Shown: positions 1 through 11,939 of the stretch, piece by piece
How positions within the stretch are numbered: position 1 is the first letter of the stretch
How the letters are laid out: every line of letters starts with the position of its first letter
Notes under the pieces: model-generated
Told to the model about the DNA's origin: nothing
The model's database searches: none
Seen by the model: the letters and a program-made list of their open reading frames with translations, nothing else
NCBI GenBank assembly: GCA_030704615.1
Contig: CM060734.1
Span: forward strand, 20,522,001 to 20,586,000
Length of the DNA: 64,000 nt
Source of the DNA: Takakia lepidozioides
Lineage: Eukaryota; Plantae; Bryophyta
Reading direction: 5' to 3'
Translations under genes and position numbers: made by a program

Positions 1-1263
1 CACCAACAACGACACGTTAGTTCCGGATATTATCCCATCCACGAACAATAACTGACTCCATTTACGCAGGGCGCCAGTTTCCTGATACAACTCACAAGAA
101 TAGTTGCCTACCTTGCAAGTCCTGGCAACCACCGCTTCCACCAAGCGACTGATGGTATCTTCCGACAGCTCCGTGGTTGCCCGAGTCATGTTCAATTGTC
201 GAGGTTTTCTCACTTCTTGGCCATTGCCCGGGCTCCCCCAATTGAACACACTCCTCAAGGTTGCCTTCTGTCCGCCATAAGTCGCTCCACCCCCCCCTTT
301 TCCTTTCGAAGCACCGGTGCCGCCTTGATGTGTGAAGGCCCTCCCTTCGATTTCCACGTGCCGTTGTCGCCGCGTGGCCTATCCCACTTCTTTTCCGGTC
401 GGAAGGAGTCACCTTCCCGCCGGGTCTTCTTGTGGTTCAGCTCCGTACGTCCTTGTCTCTCACCCCTAGAGACATCCGAGAAACATTCAGCCCTCTCAAT
501 TGCCTCGTTCAAAGTCTTGGGTGGCTTCTTCTCCAACTTCCGCCTGGCCCATGGGCCAGTCCCACCACAAAGTTGAAGACCATTTCTGGTTCTGCCATGT
601 CCCGCGACTTCGAGCAACAGCACATTGAAAGCCTGGACATACCCCCGAATGTCATTTGTTTGCTTCAAATTCCTCATCTTGTCCCGGGCAAGCCAGGATG
701 CGTTGAGGGGCACAAACTGTCTCTTCATCAATTCCTTGAACCCACTCCAGTTCAAGGTTTCCGGCTTGGGCCTCGTTGTGAAGGCGTTTCTACCACCATT
801 GTTGAGCATAGCCCCTCAAATAGGTGGGAGCCACTTCCACCCGATCCTCGTCACTCAATTTGGCCGCCCGGAAGTACTGCTCTAGCTCCAGGAGCCAGGT
901 GTTGAGTGCCTTCCGATTTCGAACGCCCTCGAAGGTGCCGGGTTCCTTAGGCTTCACCTTAAACTTTGCCTTAGTGGAAGTGGCATTAGCCGCCTTCAAC
1001 GCGTCTTTCAACGTCCCGCCAAACTGCGCCAACAACCCTTCCCAAAAGCTGCCGGCATGGGAGGCATCTCTTGGTTTGTCGGAGCTCTCAAGGATTCCTC
1101 GGCTCCGACTCCTCGGATTCCTCCCGCTCCTGAGCGGCCTCGTTTTCGGAACATTCATCGCTTCCTCAAACGGCCGCCTCGGTGACACGTCGCCCCCATC
1201 GGGCTCACCAGGATCATCATCTTTTGGGCCGTTCCGCTTTCGCTTTGGCTTGCCCGACCCCAT
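1..1263 (-). pseudogene. Frameshifted gag (with degenerate zinc knuckle) and N-terminus of aspartic protease
   Basis: ORFs 790-1317 and 255-809 join into a retrotransposon Gag through a frameshift; protease-like residues at the window edge. Confidence 0.85.
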
Positions 1264-1304
1264 GATGAGGCCAACCCCAAGGACGATCGCGTACTGAACT
1301 CTAA

Positions 1305-1316
1305 GCTCTGATACCA
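1305..1316 (-). promoter_or_regulatory. Primer binding site complementary to initiator tRNA-Met
   Basis: Plus strand gctctgatacca = minus strand TGGTATCAGAGC, 2 nt after the LTR-terminal CA. Confidence 0.93.
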
Positions 1317-1318
1317 AG

Positions 1319-2043
1319 TGTCGCGCACCTCACTTCGGTAAGCTCCCCTTCAAGTCATAGTTACTCGCTTTGATGCACGCGCCTGATTCCCAACCCGGCC
1401 GCCCGGGCCGACTTGGAGCTTCGGCTGCTCACCGGGACATAACGGTCCCCCTTCACTACCCTCTCGACCCTCCACCTATTTGGGACTAGGAGAATTCCCT
1501 TTGGTAGATGGCAGTCCGGAACAGCTCCCCACTCTTGGTCGCTTTCCGGCTCGCTCGCTTACTCACTAGTTTTTGGTCACCAACGGGCTTGCACCGTTCT
1601 CGGGGTTACTACTCCTATATATACTTCTGTAGCTGTCCGCGGGGGTTTCACAACCAGCCATGCCATTTTATGGCGAACCACCACGAAGACCCTCGATTCC
1701 CGGTGGTGAGTCGCAGTGAGTCTTGGCCCACTCACCGCGGCCCCAATGGACCGTGATGAGTCCCAAGACTCCCCACGACTCCCACCTCGAGGTCTCCACC
1801 CCATGGTGAGTCCTATGCCACCCCCACTAAGTCCCGCTAAGCTACCACCACCCCTTGTGGAGCCACCCCCACTGCAACCCGGTGTGCAGGGCTCCACCTA
1901 GTGAGTGCCTCCGCCTCCTTGAGTGCCTTGGGCACTCAAGGGTGCTTCAGCCCCCCCATACCTATCGCTGCCGCTGCCCCCCACCACAGGGGCAGCCCCT
2001 CATGTGTCCCGACCCCCTGCCCTCAAGGCAAAGGGCCGCGACA
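1319..2043 (-). repeat. 5' LTR of the canonical Gypsy element
   Basis: TG...CA ends with a 7-bp inverted repeat, directly adjacent to the PBS. Confidence 0.88.
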
Positions 2044-2546
2044 TGTTGTGTGTTTTTGGACAACGATGTAGTTGTGTAGCGATATGTATGCGCATGACAG
2101 CTGTCAAGTTATTTCACCACTAGTGTGAAACTAGCTAGGAAATAGCTAGCTTTTACATATTGACATTTGGGACTAGCCCAAGTGTCAATCCAGGGGTCAA
2201 TGCAGATTTGGGCCCTGGAGTGGTTATCTTCACGGCAAGCGCGGGGAGGCTCATCTTTATCGAGTTGAGCCTCACCGCCTAGCTATGGCGCCGTAGTATG
2301 GATTCCCCATAGCATGGGGTGTATTTGGCTTGACTTTATATGAGTGATGATTTTATGTGCAAAGTTTGTGAGCTCGAGAGAGCTTGTATTCTTCTTATTT
2401 ATCATTGTGGTGGACTAGTTACTGCCATAGTGGGCAGCATAGTGGCAGCCTAGTGATTGGACTAGTGGCTGGACTAGTGGTATACTAGTGTGTGGTGTGG
2501 TTTTGGACAACGATGTAGTTGTGTAGCGATATGTATGCGCACGACA
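2044..2546 (+). mobile_element. 3' terminus (partial B - GC - A - T - B) of a DNMT-Gypsy copy, interrupted by the canonical Gypsy
   Basis: Clear match to about 48820-49393: B remnant 2044-2099, GC, A 2102-2404, T, B 2406-2546 ending GCACGACA. Confidence 0.9.
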
Positions 2547-5500
2547 AGGGAAATGGCATGTTTATTGGGTTTGTATATGAGTGAGTTGGAGTGACTATGT
2601 GCAGGGAAGGGTGTCCCACAGCAAGTGTAAAAACTGGCGCTATGAATGTTGGTAAGTACCAATTAGGATTGCCTGGGGGGGTTCCAGTGGTGAGTGTAAT
2701 TGGCCAGGAGCGTGTTGAGTGTACGTGTGGTGGGCCGCCCAGAATGTTGCGTGTGTGTGTGTTATGACGTAGGTAGTACGTAGCTTTTGAAATGGAGTGA
2801 AATAAAAATTGGTGGGAGAGATGGGGTACGAGTTGATTTAGAAGAGGCAGAGTAGTTGGTTGTGGGTTTATGGATGCGCTGTTATGTAGAGAAATTAGGC
2901 ACGTTTTGAAAACCATTTCTCACATTAGGCAGCTTCATGCTATAATTTTTTAGAATTAGGCACATGAGAAGATAAAACACTTATTTTCTTAAGAATAAAA
3001 TTACAAAATAGACACCCAATGCCCATTGGCCCTTCCACGCTCCAGCTACCTTTCATTTCCTTTGAAACCCTAATATGATGACATTGTGGAGTCCATGCAA
3101 GGGCCTTTCGAAGTTACATGGAGCTCTCGCAAATAGATTGCGATTTTTAGGAAGTTATTTCTGCACGCATATATTTGTATTGATTTTTGTTCAATGAAAT
3201 TTTGATCTTATTACAAACAACATGTTGCAAGTTTTTTGCTGGAATTTTTGGGCATTAGGCACTTTGGTCCCATAGTTTCCGAACAATTAGGCCAAAATCT
3301 GAAAAATTCACAGAATTGGTTAGGCACTTTCATTTTGAATTAATTATCACCTAAACGGTTGTCCAGGGACCGTATGTAAACAGAGTGAGAGCTGTTTTTT
3401 TGGGGAGAAGAGCCAAGGGAAGAAGCCATGCGGCTGGAATCTTGTAGGTATTTTGGACTCTCTCTCTCCACTCAGAGTGAGTGGGTGCTTTTGAGGTCCT
3501 GAATTGCTGGTCCACCATCTAAATTGGAGGGAAAGAGGTAGGGAGTAAATGAGCAGTTTGGACTCGCTCTCTCACACTGCCTCCACCCAGAGTAAGTGCA
3601 CCTCAAAGTATTGCCCCACCATAGAACAAGCTTTCCAGGGAGAGAGGAAGTAATGGGGACTGCAGGGCCTGCCGCTGTCTGCCACTGCAGAGCAGCAGCT
3701 TGAGGGCCCACACTTCCTGCCTCCCCCTTGAATCTTGGTATTCCTCTGCGCAACGTACTGTGAAGCAAAGTGTGAAGAAAGTATAGTAAAGAGAGCATGA
3801 TTCTTGAGAGAAGTGTTGTTGGCGAGAAGATGTGGGCTAAATCTGGAGTCAACTCCAAGTTGCAAAGTTGGGGAAACTTTGAAAGTGTGTTTGCAAGTCC
3901 ACCCATGGAGGGACCCACATGACTGCACGTTGAAGCCATGTAGCCTTAAATCACCTGCCACGACCAGTGTTGAGGCTGCTAAACTAACCAAGAGTTTCTG
4001 CTCGCTAAACCCTAATTACTTTTTTTTCTTAAAAATAAAAGGGGAGGAAGGCAGGAAGCCCTGTAATTCATATTAAAAGGTGTCCTGGAAAAAGAAAACT
4101 TTGGCCTGATCCAAGAAACAAATAAAAGCAAAACAATAAGATATGGGTTTATGTACTTTTGTCCATAGCTGAAATGGGTTTTTCCTTTCTTCCCCCTTTT
4201 CGTCAATGGTGTTCTGTCTCTCCAAGGAAATGATGAGCTCTGTGTGAACGCTCTGGAGTCTGGAGGCACTTTGGAGTAGATGATAGAGCCGTTGTTTTGC
4301 ATAGTAAAGCACCTGCCCGAGGAGTTTCCACGATTTTTAGATCTGCCCTCAGGCTCCGGCGGGTAAGGTCAGTGTTAGTGATGCACAATAAGACTATGTT
4401 TTCTCGCCGTTCAAATAAAGTTTTCCCAATTTTCTAATTGACTGGCCGGACGTTTATAATCCCTATGTGATCTCTGATTGGGACTAGGGGATTTCTATGA
4501 CGTCTCACTGGGATCTTCAAAAAGAAAAGTCTACCTGAAGATTCGGGAGAAGTTTCCTTCATTTATTTTAGGACCATGAATTGGGCTGCGTCACTTTGGG
4601 GGAGTTTGATGGATGAGCATGGCCAAACACTTCATTCCATGTATCATGTGGGAATGCATCAATAAAACAGTTTACAGCCAATCACACACCCCCACTATGA
4701 TGTCACTGTTAGCATCTTCACCTTCCACATTTGCATTAGGGATATCAAATCAATGAGAACCCGTTTGAGGGTAAAATCCGGATATAGTGTGCATGGTTAG
4801 TGCCAGGTTCCATGGGCACTCCCAAGCGCCCCTACGTGAATCGCCCCTAGGCTTGAAGAGGCGCTACTGGTTTGAGATAAAATTTTCTGTAAGGGGCACC
4901 CCCCACCAAATCACCCCTTCCTAAAAGGGGCGAAAAAAGATCTCCTTTCAGGAGGGGCAATCCAGTTTTGCGGCACCCCTTGCTGACTAGGTTTTCTTTT
5001 TCCTTGTAGCAGGCCTGCAGCCTCAGAGAATGTTATTGCTTTTTATGGAGAGTTACAGAGATGTTACAAGCGGAATGAATTATGACAATTTCGTCGTAAA
5101 CCTAATTTAATTATCATGGGGCCCACATGGCTATTGGTGCATGATTTATCCTTATTGGGCTGGAAGGTTTCCATGGAACCACCCCCTCCCGATTTTAAAG
5201 GGCGATTCCCTCCTGTCGGCGATTGCTTGGCGGAGCGATTGGGAGTGCCCATCGAACCTGGGCTAAATAAGGCATGGAGGCAAAAACGGAGTTTAAGATG
5301 GAGGTTCTTGTAAGGAGAGAGGGCTCCCCCTTCTGGTTACATGTGAAACGACACTCTCTTCATATTCTTGGAGATTACACTTACTTGTGCATCCTTGTCA
5401 GGAGGTTGCAAGGAGCTTCTCACAAAGTATGGCTTTGCATTGCCGCCGTGGTCTCACTGATTTGATGAGAGTGCCAGTCTGCATCGTAAGGTAGAACTCA

Positions 5501-6924
5501 CGAGCTTCATCTTCGGCTTCGTCGTCCAATATCTATGGGGGAGGCTGTAGCTTTGGAGGGATGGAGAGCAGGCGCATGTGGCTGCGTGGAGAGGAGCGGA
5601 ATGAAGGTTGCGGAAGCACACTCGGTAGTGTCAGGAGCGCTGCGCATGGGCCGCACGCAAACGTGGAATGACGTAGCAGATGTGAGCTGGCCGATGGCCT
5701 CATTCATAGCCTGCACATGCGCCTCCTGCTCCGTGGGCCCAGGCTTGCCTCCCTTGCCTCCCCGGCCCATCCCATGGCTGCGCCCGCCGCCTCTTGTTTT
5801 AGCCTTCACTCCCGCATCTATGGCCATAATTCCATGCTCTCTTAAACCTTCATAATGCTGGATACCATAAGTTCATGCTTCCTATAACCCTGAGAATACT
5901 CAAGCTCATTATCAATGGCATTGCATTTACGAGAGGTGCCACGAAAGCTGCTCATTCCTAAAGGTCAAGTTCGTAAGTCAAATGACCACTACCTACTACA
6001 GGCCTGCAGCTTCGCGCGTCCCTTCTTCAGCTATATCCTCGCACCCTCTTCTTCTCTACACTCCCTTTACTGTTCCTATCTCACAGGCTCGTCATCCAGC
6101 TATCAAATCCATTTTTGAACCCCAACATCATCGGTGTTTTGGAGTTGACGATGCACACCAAATCCACAACAACTTTCTAATTTAGTTTGTGCGTCCAGCT
6201 CAAGGACCAGATTCTAGCCAGGCTCCACCGCCAAATCCCAGGTTTCCGAAATAGGGGTTAGTCCTCACCAAATCTATAAGTTTTTCATATCCTCACTCCC
6301 AAGGTGTACCACATTTCGTCTCAACCAATGTTGGACATAAGGGCCTGGCAGGGTATCACCTCAGGTATCAAGTATCAACCTGGGTATTAAATAACCGGCT
6401 GGTATTGGGTGTTGTAATATTAGGGTTAATGACCGGACCTGGTATGGGCAATTCTAATACCTATGTCAATATGTAAAGCAGTTTCATTCGCCCCGGTTAA
6501 TTCTAGAGTGGTCCAGTAATTAGCGTGGTCCAGGAGTTAAAAGAGGGGGCCAATATAATAAGGCCACATGTATTAATTAACAAAATGAAGGGTCCGAAAT
6601 AAGACGGCAGGAAGTAGCTATTAAATTGGGGACAGGTGTCAAGTGGTGGGAGTGGGCCAGGTTATGGTTAGGGTCTACCATGTGTCCCGCCTTTCTAGAA
6701 GGGTCCCACCGCCCTCACATGGTATGTATAGGAGAGCCGGGCTCTTCCTACTTAAGTAAGTAATTACTTATTAAATTAGTAGTTTATTACTAGCTAGGGG
6801 GCTATGCAGACGTCAATACCCTGCATAGGCTAGTACTGACAAAGGCAATATCCGTGCAATACCCATTTAATATGGGAAAAAAGAAGGACTATACACATGG
6901 TATCAATATATGAATAGAGACGTT

Positions 6925-7108
6925 TGTTTTGTTTTGTAGATTTGAGATGTCCCCAACCGCGAGGCCCCAGCCCTGGTGCTTGGTACCGTTGGAAAGCCCT
7001 CGACGAGGAGGGGTGCACGGGCTTGGTCTCATGATTTTTGGACCTGCGGTGTGGGAGATGTGGAATTTCAAGTACTTTGGGTCGCTGGAAATTCCCGAAA
7101 ATAGCAAA
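6925..7108 (+). repeat. Dispersed ~185-bp repeat, copy 1 (unclassified TE fragment)
   Basis: Similar to 18825-19006 (tggtgcttggtaccgtt...gcggtgtgggagat...gaaaatagcaaag). Confidence 0.75.
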
Positions 7109-7254
7109 GTGGGAATTCGTGGGACACTCGAGAGGAGAGATATCAAGGGAAAGGTCTCCGGCTCAAATCTGGTCGTAGACTCTGTGGAAAAAAAATGCAT
7201 TTGGTCTTAGATGACATTGGACCCTTGGGCCAACAGTAGAGGCTACTACCTCAA

Positions 7255-8370
7255 ACTTGCAGATACCACTACCAGGTTTGGGTCAATCCTGCCATCGACA
7301 TTCGGAAGGTGACATGGCGCACAGTTATGCACATGGTCCTTCCAAGTTATGCCATCCCGACCCTCCAAGATCAAGACGCCTGAGGGCAAGACCTCTCGAA
7401 CCCTCAAAATAACTTGTCATGCAGTCACATCCAAGGTCGTAGGAGCAGTCTGCTGCAGATAGACATAGTCACCAGGGTTGAATCTCCGAACCCCAGGACG
7501 ATAGCCTCCACCACGTATGGTAGCATACCTCAACGTATCACGATGTTGTGCAATGACAAGGTTCTCGAAAGCCATGGGCATGACTTTCTTGAACAACTCT
7601 GCACGCTGATCACATGCACGTGCCCACACGTCCGGATCGTCGAGGTTAAGAACTGTAGCAGCTTCTCTACGAATGGATGTAGGCAAATCCGGCTCTCGGC
7701 CAAAGAGAAGAAAGTATGGTGAGAAGGAGGCAAGTGATGCTTGCTTGCTGAACCTGTAGCCCATGGCTAACCAGGGTAATTGAAGGTCCCAATCTCCTAG
7801 GTGTCCCTTCTGCAAGTCATACTTGCGCAAACCCCTCTTTACTGTCTGAACAATTCTCTCTGCCAAGCCATCGGCCTCAGGATGATCTCGAGAAGTGGTA
7901 CGGTGGTCTATCAAGGCCTTGTCACACAAAGCCTGAAACTCCCCCAAGAACTCTCTCCCTTGGTCCGTGAGTACCTCAGCTGGAGCATCGAAGCGGCTAA
8001 GTACACAATCCAAGAACGCATACGCAGCTCCCTCACTAGCCTTATCAGGCAACGGAACCAACTCGATCCACTTGGAGAAGTGCTCCACCATCACCAAAAC
8101 GTACTTGTTGTGACGCATGGTCAGTGACAACGGCCCTGCGAAGTCAATACTCCACCTGTAGCCCAATCCCATGATCGGAAGAGGGTGCAATTGTGGAGTA
8201 GGGGCGTTGAATGAAGCACGCACCCTGTCACACACCATGCACCTAGCCACAAATTGTTGCACCTCTGTGTGCATACCACGCCACCAATACTGCCCCTACA
8301 GTAGACTATGAGTGCGTCGCACCCCAAAATGCCCCAACTCCTCATGGGCATGCCGCACTAACCGTGCCCG
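7255..8370 (-). pseudogene. Integrase (HHCC zinc finger plus DDE core) of copy C
   Basis: HEELGHFG..CMVC; WSIDFAGPL; VLTDQGREF; HPEADGLAER. Confidence 0.93.
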
Positions 8371-8789
8371 TTGTGTTGGGTGAGGCACAATCCTCACTCG
8401 ACCATCCTCCCACACTCGGAGCAGGTGTGTCCCCTCCCACTTGAACCTCTTGGCTCGTTGTAGGATCCGATCCCTCTCCTTGGCAGTCACAGTGGCTGCC
8501 GTGTCTCCAGTGCGAATAGTCCAACACAGCTGAATCCTCATGTATATCTTGGCGCCACCTTGCTCATTGCTGGCCTCAGGGTCCTCAGACACTTGATCTA
8601 CAATCATCCCTATTGCAGGTCCAACCTGGCCTTCCGCTGCCAAGATACACAGAAATGCAGATGCATGCCATCCGGGCACCATCTCCTCATCCGTCTCACC
8701 ATGCCACCGAGCTCCAGTGTCATCCTGTTGGCTTGTGCATGGATTGCGACTCAACCCATCTGCATTGCGATTGACCAAACCCGGTCGAT

Positions 8790-10073
8790 GCACAACCTGA
8801 AAGTCATACTCTTGAAGGATGAGTGCCCACCGTGCAAGCTTCCCCGTAAGCTTGTCTGACTCCATCAACCACTTGAGTGGTTGGTGATCCGTGACAAGGG
8901 TGAAGAGATTGTCATATAGATAGCACCTGAAGTGTGTCACGGCACACATTGCAGCTAAGCATTCTCCTTCATATGAGCTATACTTAGACTCTGCCGCGTT
9001 GTTCGAGCGACTAGCATAAGCCACTACGAACTCTCTTCCCTCATCATCCACCTGTGTGAGCACCGCTCCAAGCCCCAGCATGCTCCAATCTGTATGCAGC
9101 TGAAAAGGACGCCCCCTGATAGGTCGTCTCAAGATGGGCACCGAGGTCAACCTCGCCTTGAGCTCTTGAAAAGCTTGTTCTTGCTCATCTTCCCACTGCC
9201 ACTCCTGGTCCACCTTGGTCAGCTTGGTTAGAGCCTTGCAATGGCACTAAATCCCTTAACAAACCGTCTATAATAGTTTGCTTACCCCATGAAAGCTCGA
9301 ACTCGGCTCACATCCGTGGGGCGTGGAACTTGTGCAATAGACTTTACCTTAGTCTGCTGTACCCCCAATCCTCCAGGATATATCATGTGACCCAGATACT
9401 CAATCTGGTTGTGGAAAAACTTGCACTTTCCCGGATGTAACTTCAATCCGTGCGCCCTCAAGCGCTCAAATACCCCCTGAAGGTGTCTCTCATGCTCTTC
9501 CGTAGCACTAAAGATGATGATGTCATCTATGTAGCACCGAGCAAACTCCACCCCTGCTAGAATCCTGTCCATGACTCTTTGAAACTCAGCAGGAGCGTTT
9601 TTAAGCCCAAATGGTAAGAACCGCCACTGGTATAGGCAATTCTTCTCGTGCTCATTGATCCCCCAGAATGTCATCTTCTGCTTATCCGCCTCCTTGATCG
9701 GCAACTGATGATATCCGGATCGTAAATCCAACGTGCTAAAGACCTTGGCATGCCCAATGGCATCAAAGATCTCCTCTAGTGTCGGCATAGCATACCTATC
9801 GGACTTGGTCTGACGATTTACAGGCCGGTAATCACCGCACATACGTCTCTCCGTCCAATTGCCATAGACATCATTTTTGGCTGGCATCACTGTGGTTGAA
9901 GCATACTCTCCCCAAGATAGCTCCACCAAACCAGCCTCCCAAAGGTCCTGAGTTCTTATATGAATCAAGGACCTCTCCATGTCACTGTATCTATAGGGTC
10001 TCCGAAAGATTGGCGTGTCAGTAGCCAATTCAATGCGAATCTCTTGACCCTTCAGTGCTCTTAAGTCCTTCAA
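8790..10073 (-). pseudogene. Reverse transcriptase and RNase H of copy C
   Basis: RMCGDYRPVN, LDLRSGYHQ, PFGLKNAPAEFQR, YIDD; RNase H FQLHTDWS, YSSYEGECLA, LVTDHQPL. Confidence 0.95.
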
Positions 10074-10544
10074 ACTGAAGGCAAAGCAATTCCTGTAAGC
10101 CCTCAGGAACCACCGTATACGTCATCTCTCTCCTCCGGTGACAATGGGTCCAATGTCAAGCTCCCAATTGTCCTCCGTAACTTCAACCTTAAGTCCAGTG
10201 GGCTTAGAGGTAGAGGACGCATCCCGTGGTTGCTATGCCGCAACCTCTTGAGCAGTACTCCCTGCCTGCTCAGTCAATGACAAGGCCTCATCCTGCCCCA
10301 TCCTCTCATCCTTGAGGACCTCATCAACCCGAGAAGAATCCCCAACCTCATCCATCACAGCTGCCTTGGCTGCCAACTCCTTCTGAACCTCGAGCACCTC
10401 CCACGTGTGCCATGGATGCGGCCTGCACCTCGTGGTCCTCACCTGCTTGCCCCCACTCACTGCCTGTACCGTCTCGGTAGGCAGGGAGACCATGAAGGGA
10501 AGTGTACTCCGTACTCTGCGCTGCTCGGCCATAGCCAAGCTGAT

Positions 10545-11490
10545 AATCCAGGTCAAGCAATTGAGATCCATTGCTTGCCCCAACACTTGACGACGTGATG
10601 CCTCAGAAAGAGATGGCACCGCCGTGGTACCAGTAGTAAAACCCATTGCCCGCTCACACTCGTCAGCATTGGGCTCCACTAATTGTTGCAACTGGCTATC
10701 CCACAAGAGGCCAGGTCCACCATCCCGAAAAGCATGGGATCCTAGGAAGCTGAGCAGTATAGGTAATGCTGCTCGTGGTTGACCCACCCTGTTGACCACT
10801 GCCAAAGGCGAACGGTCATCGTGTCTCACACGTGAGACTGCCTCCCTGTGTCCAAAATGCTATCCACTGTGAGGTGTGCTGGCCGCTGCACTCCATCAAA
10901 TGCACGCTTGAGCAGTGCGGGTGGCATCAAATTAGTCCACCATAGCCGTGGACGATGAGCCCATGACCCCACTGCAGCTGCATCCAGCAACACTGCTGAC
11001 CCAAGCCACGACCGGACTTGACAGCACACTGGCCATCACCCTGGCCCAAGAATCACCCATCAGTGGCACATTCTCCAAGATGTATGCTGGAGATACAGCT
11101 TGATGAAGCTGCAAGTGGCGCAAAACCCGCACCATCTCCCAAAACAGACCCGTCCTCGAGTCTCGCAATCCATTGCCATGCCGGCTGATGAATGCCCTTG
11201 GCAGGGCCAACCTGCCACTACCAGATCAATGGAGCCAACCCGCTCCAAATCCTGCACCCCCAGCAACGAAATGTCTGCTGGCAAGGCTTGTTGGTATCCA
11301 CGAACTGCAGACACTGGCAACAAATCAGGGTACTGCTGTACTAACTGAGCAACATGGCGCAATGAGACGCATCGTGCAGTCTCATCCCTCTCCACATACA
11401 GCTAATGTCGAACTCGTACACCTGCTTGCAGTATGCAGCCAATCCAGTGCTGATCCCGCCAAACAAGTCTAAAAGGCATATGCCTTCATC
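10545..11490 (-). pseudogene. DNMT3-like DNA cytosine-5 methyltransferase domain of copy C (frameshifted)
   Basis: LDLFGGIST (motif I), VAGWPCQG (IV), YILENV (VI), AHRPRLWWTNL (VIII), ERAMGF (IX), RRQVLGQAM (X). Confidence 0.9.
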
Positions 11491-11939
11491 CGGGCACTGC
11501 CACACAAGAGGTGTGGTGTCCAATGGCGACAACTGAGGTGGTCCTGGTGCAATTACCGCACTCTCCTCTTCTCCTGACGGTACGAAGGCCTCTACCCAGG
11601 CTTGTTGTACCCGTCCATCAGCAGCCTGCTGCAAATCCTTGCTCGTACCCCATAATGGAGTGTGAGCAACCATGGCAGGCAACTCCACCGTACCATGCAT
11701 GTCATCCTGCTCTGCTGGAGGTGGCACATCCTCTGCATGGGCATTGCCTTCCAGCAACTCTCCAGGCCAACTAACTGCAGCTGTAAAGGCAGCTAGTGTT
11801 GGCATCTTGCCCCGCTGGGCAGCCGCAATACCCCCAATGAATGTCACAGAGAGCTGTGCACGACGACCATCCCCTGACTGCCATCCAGGCCTGTAGGATG
11901 CTGACTCCTCCCAAAAGTCCAGGGTGAAGCCCATGGGAT

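Larger units (their letters stand above)
1..2043 (-). mobile_element. Canonical Ty3/Gypsy LTR retrotransposon, 5' part (LTR, PBS, gag, start of protease); runs off the left edge
   Basis: LTR 1319-2043 has terminal inverted repeat TGTCGCG...CGCGACA; tRNA-Met PBS follows on the minus strand; Gag-like peptide (KPKEPGTFEG...WLLELEQYF...W..FKELMKRQFVP...ARDKMRNLKQT.DIRGYVQAF); protease start LFVDGIISGTNVSLLV at 60-1. Confidence 0.9.

Noticed and set aside
5507-5855. GC-rich overlapping ORFs of 106 aa
   Set aside because: No recognisable domain or splice context.
6329-6841. Possible solo LTR (TGTTG...TGACA)
   Set aside because: No matching TSD and no second copy in the window.
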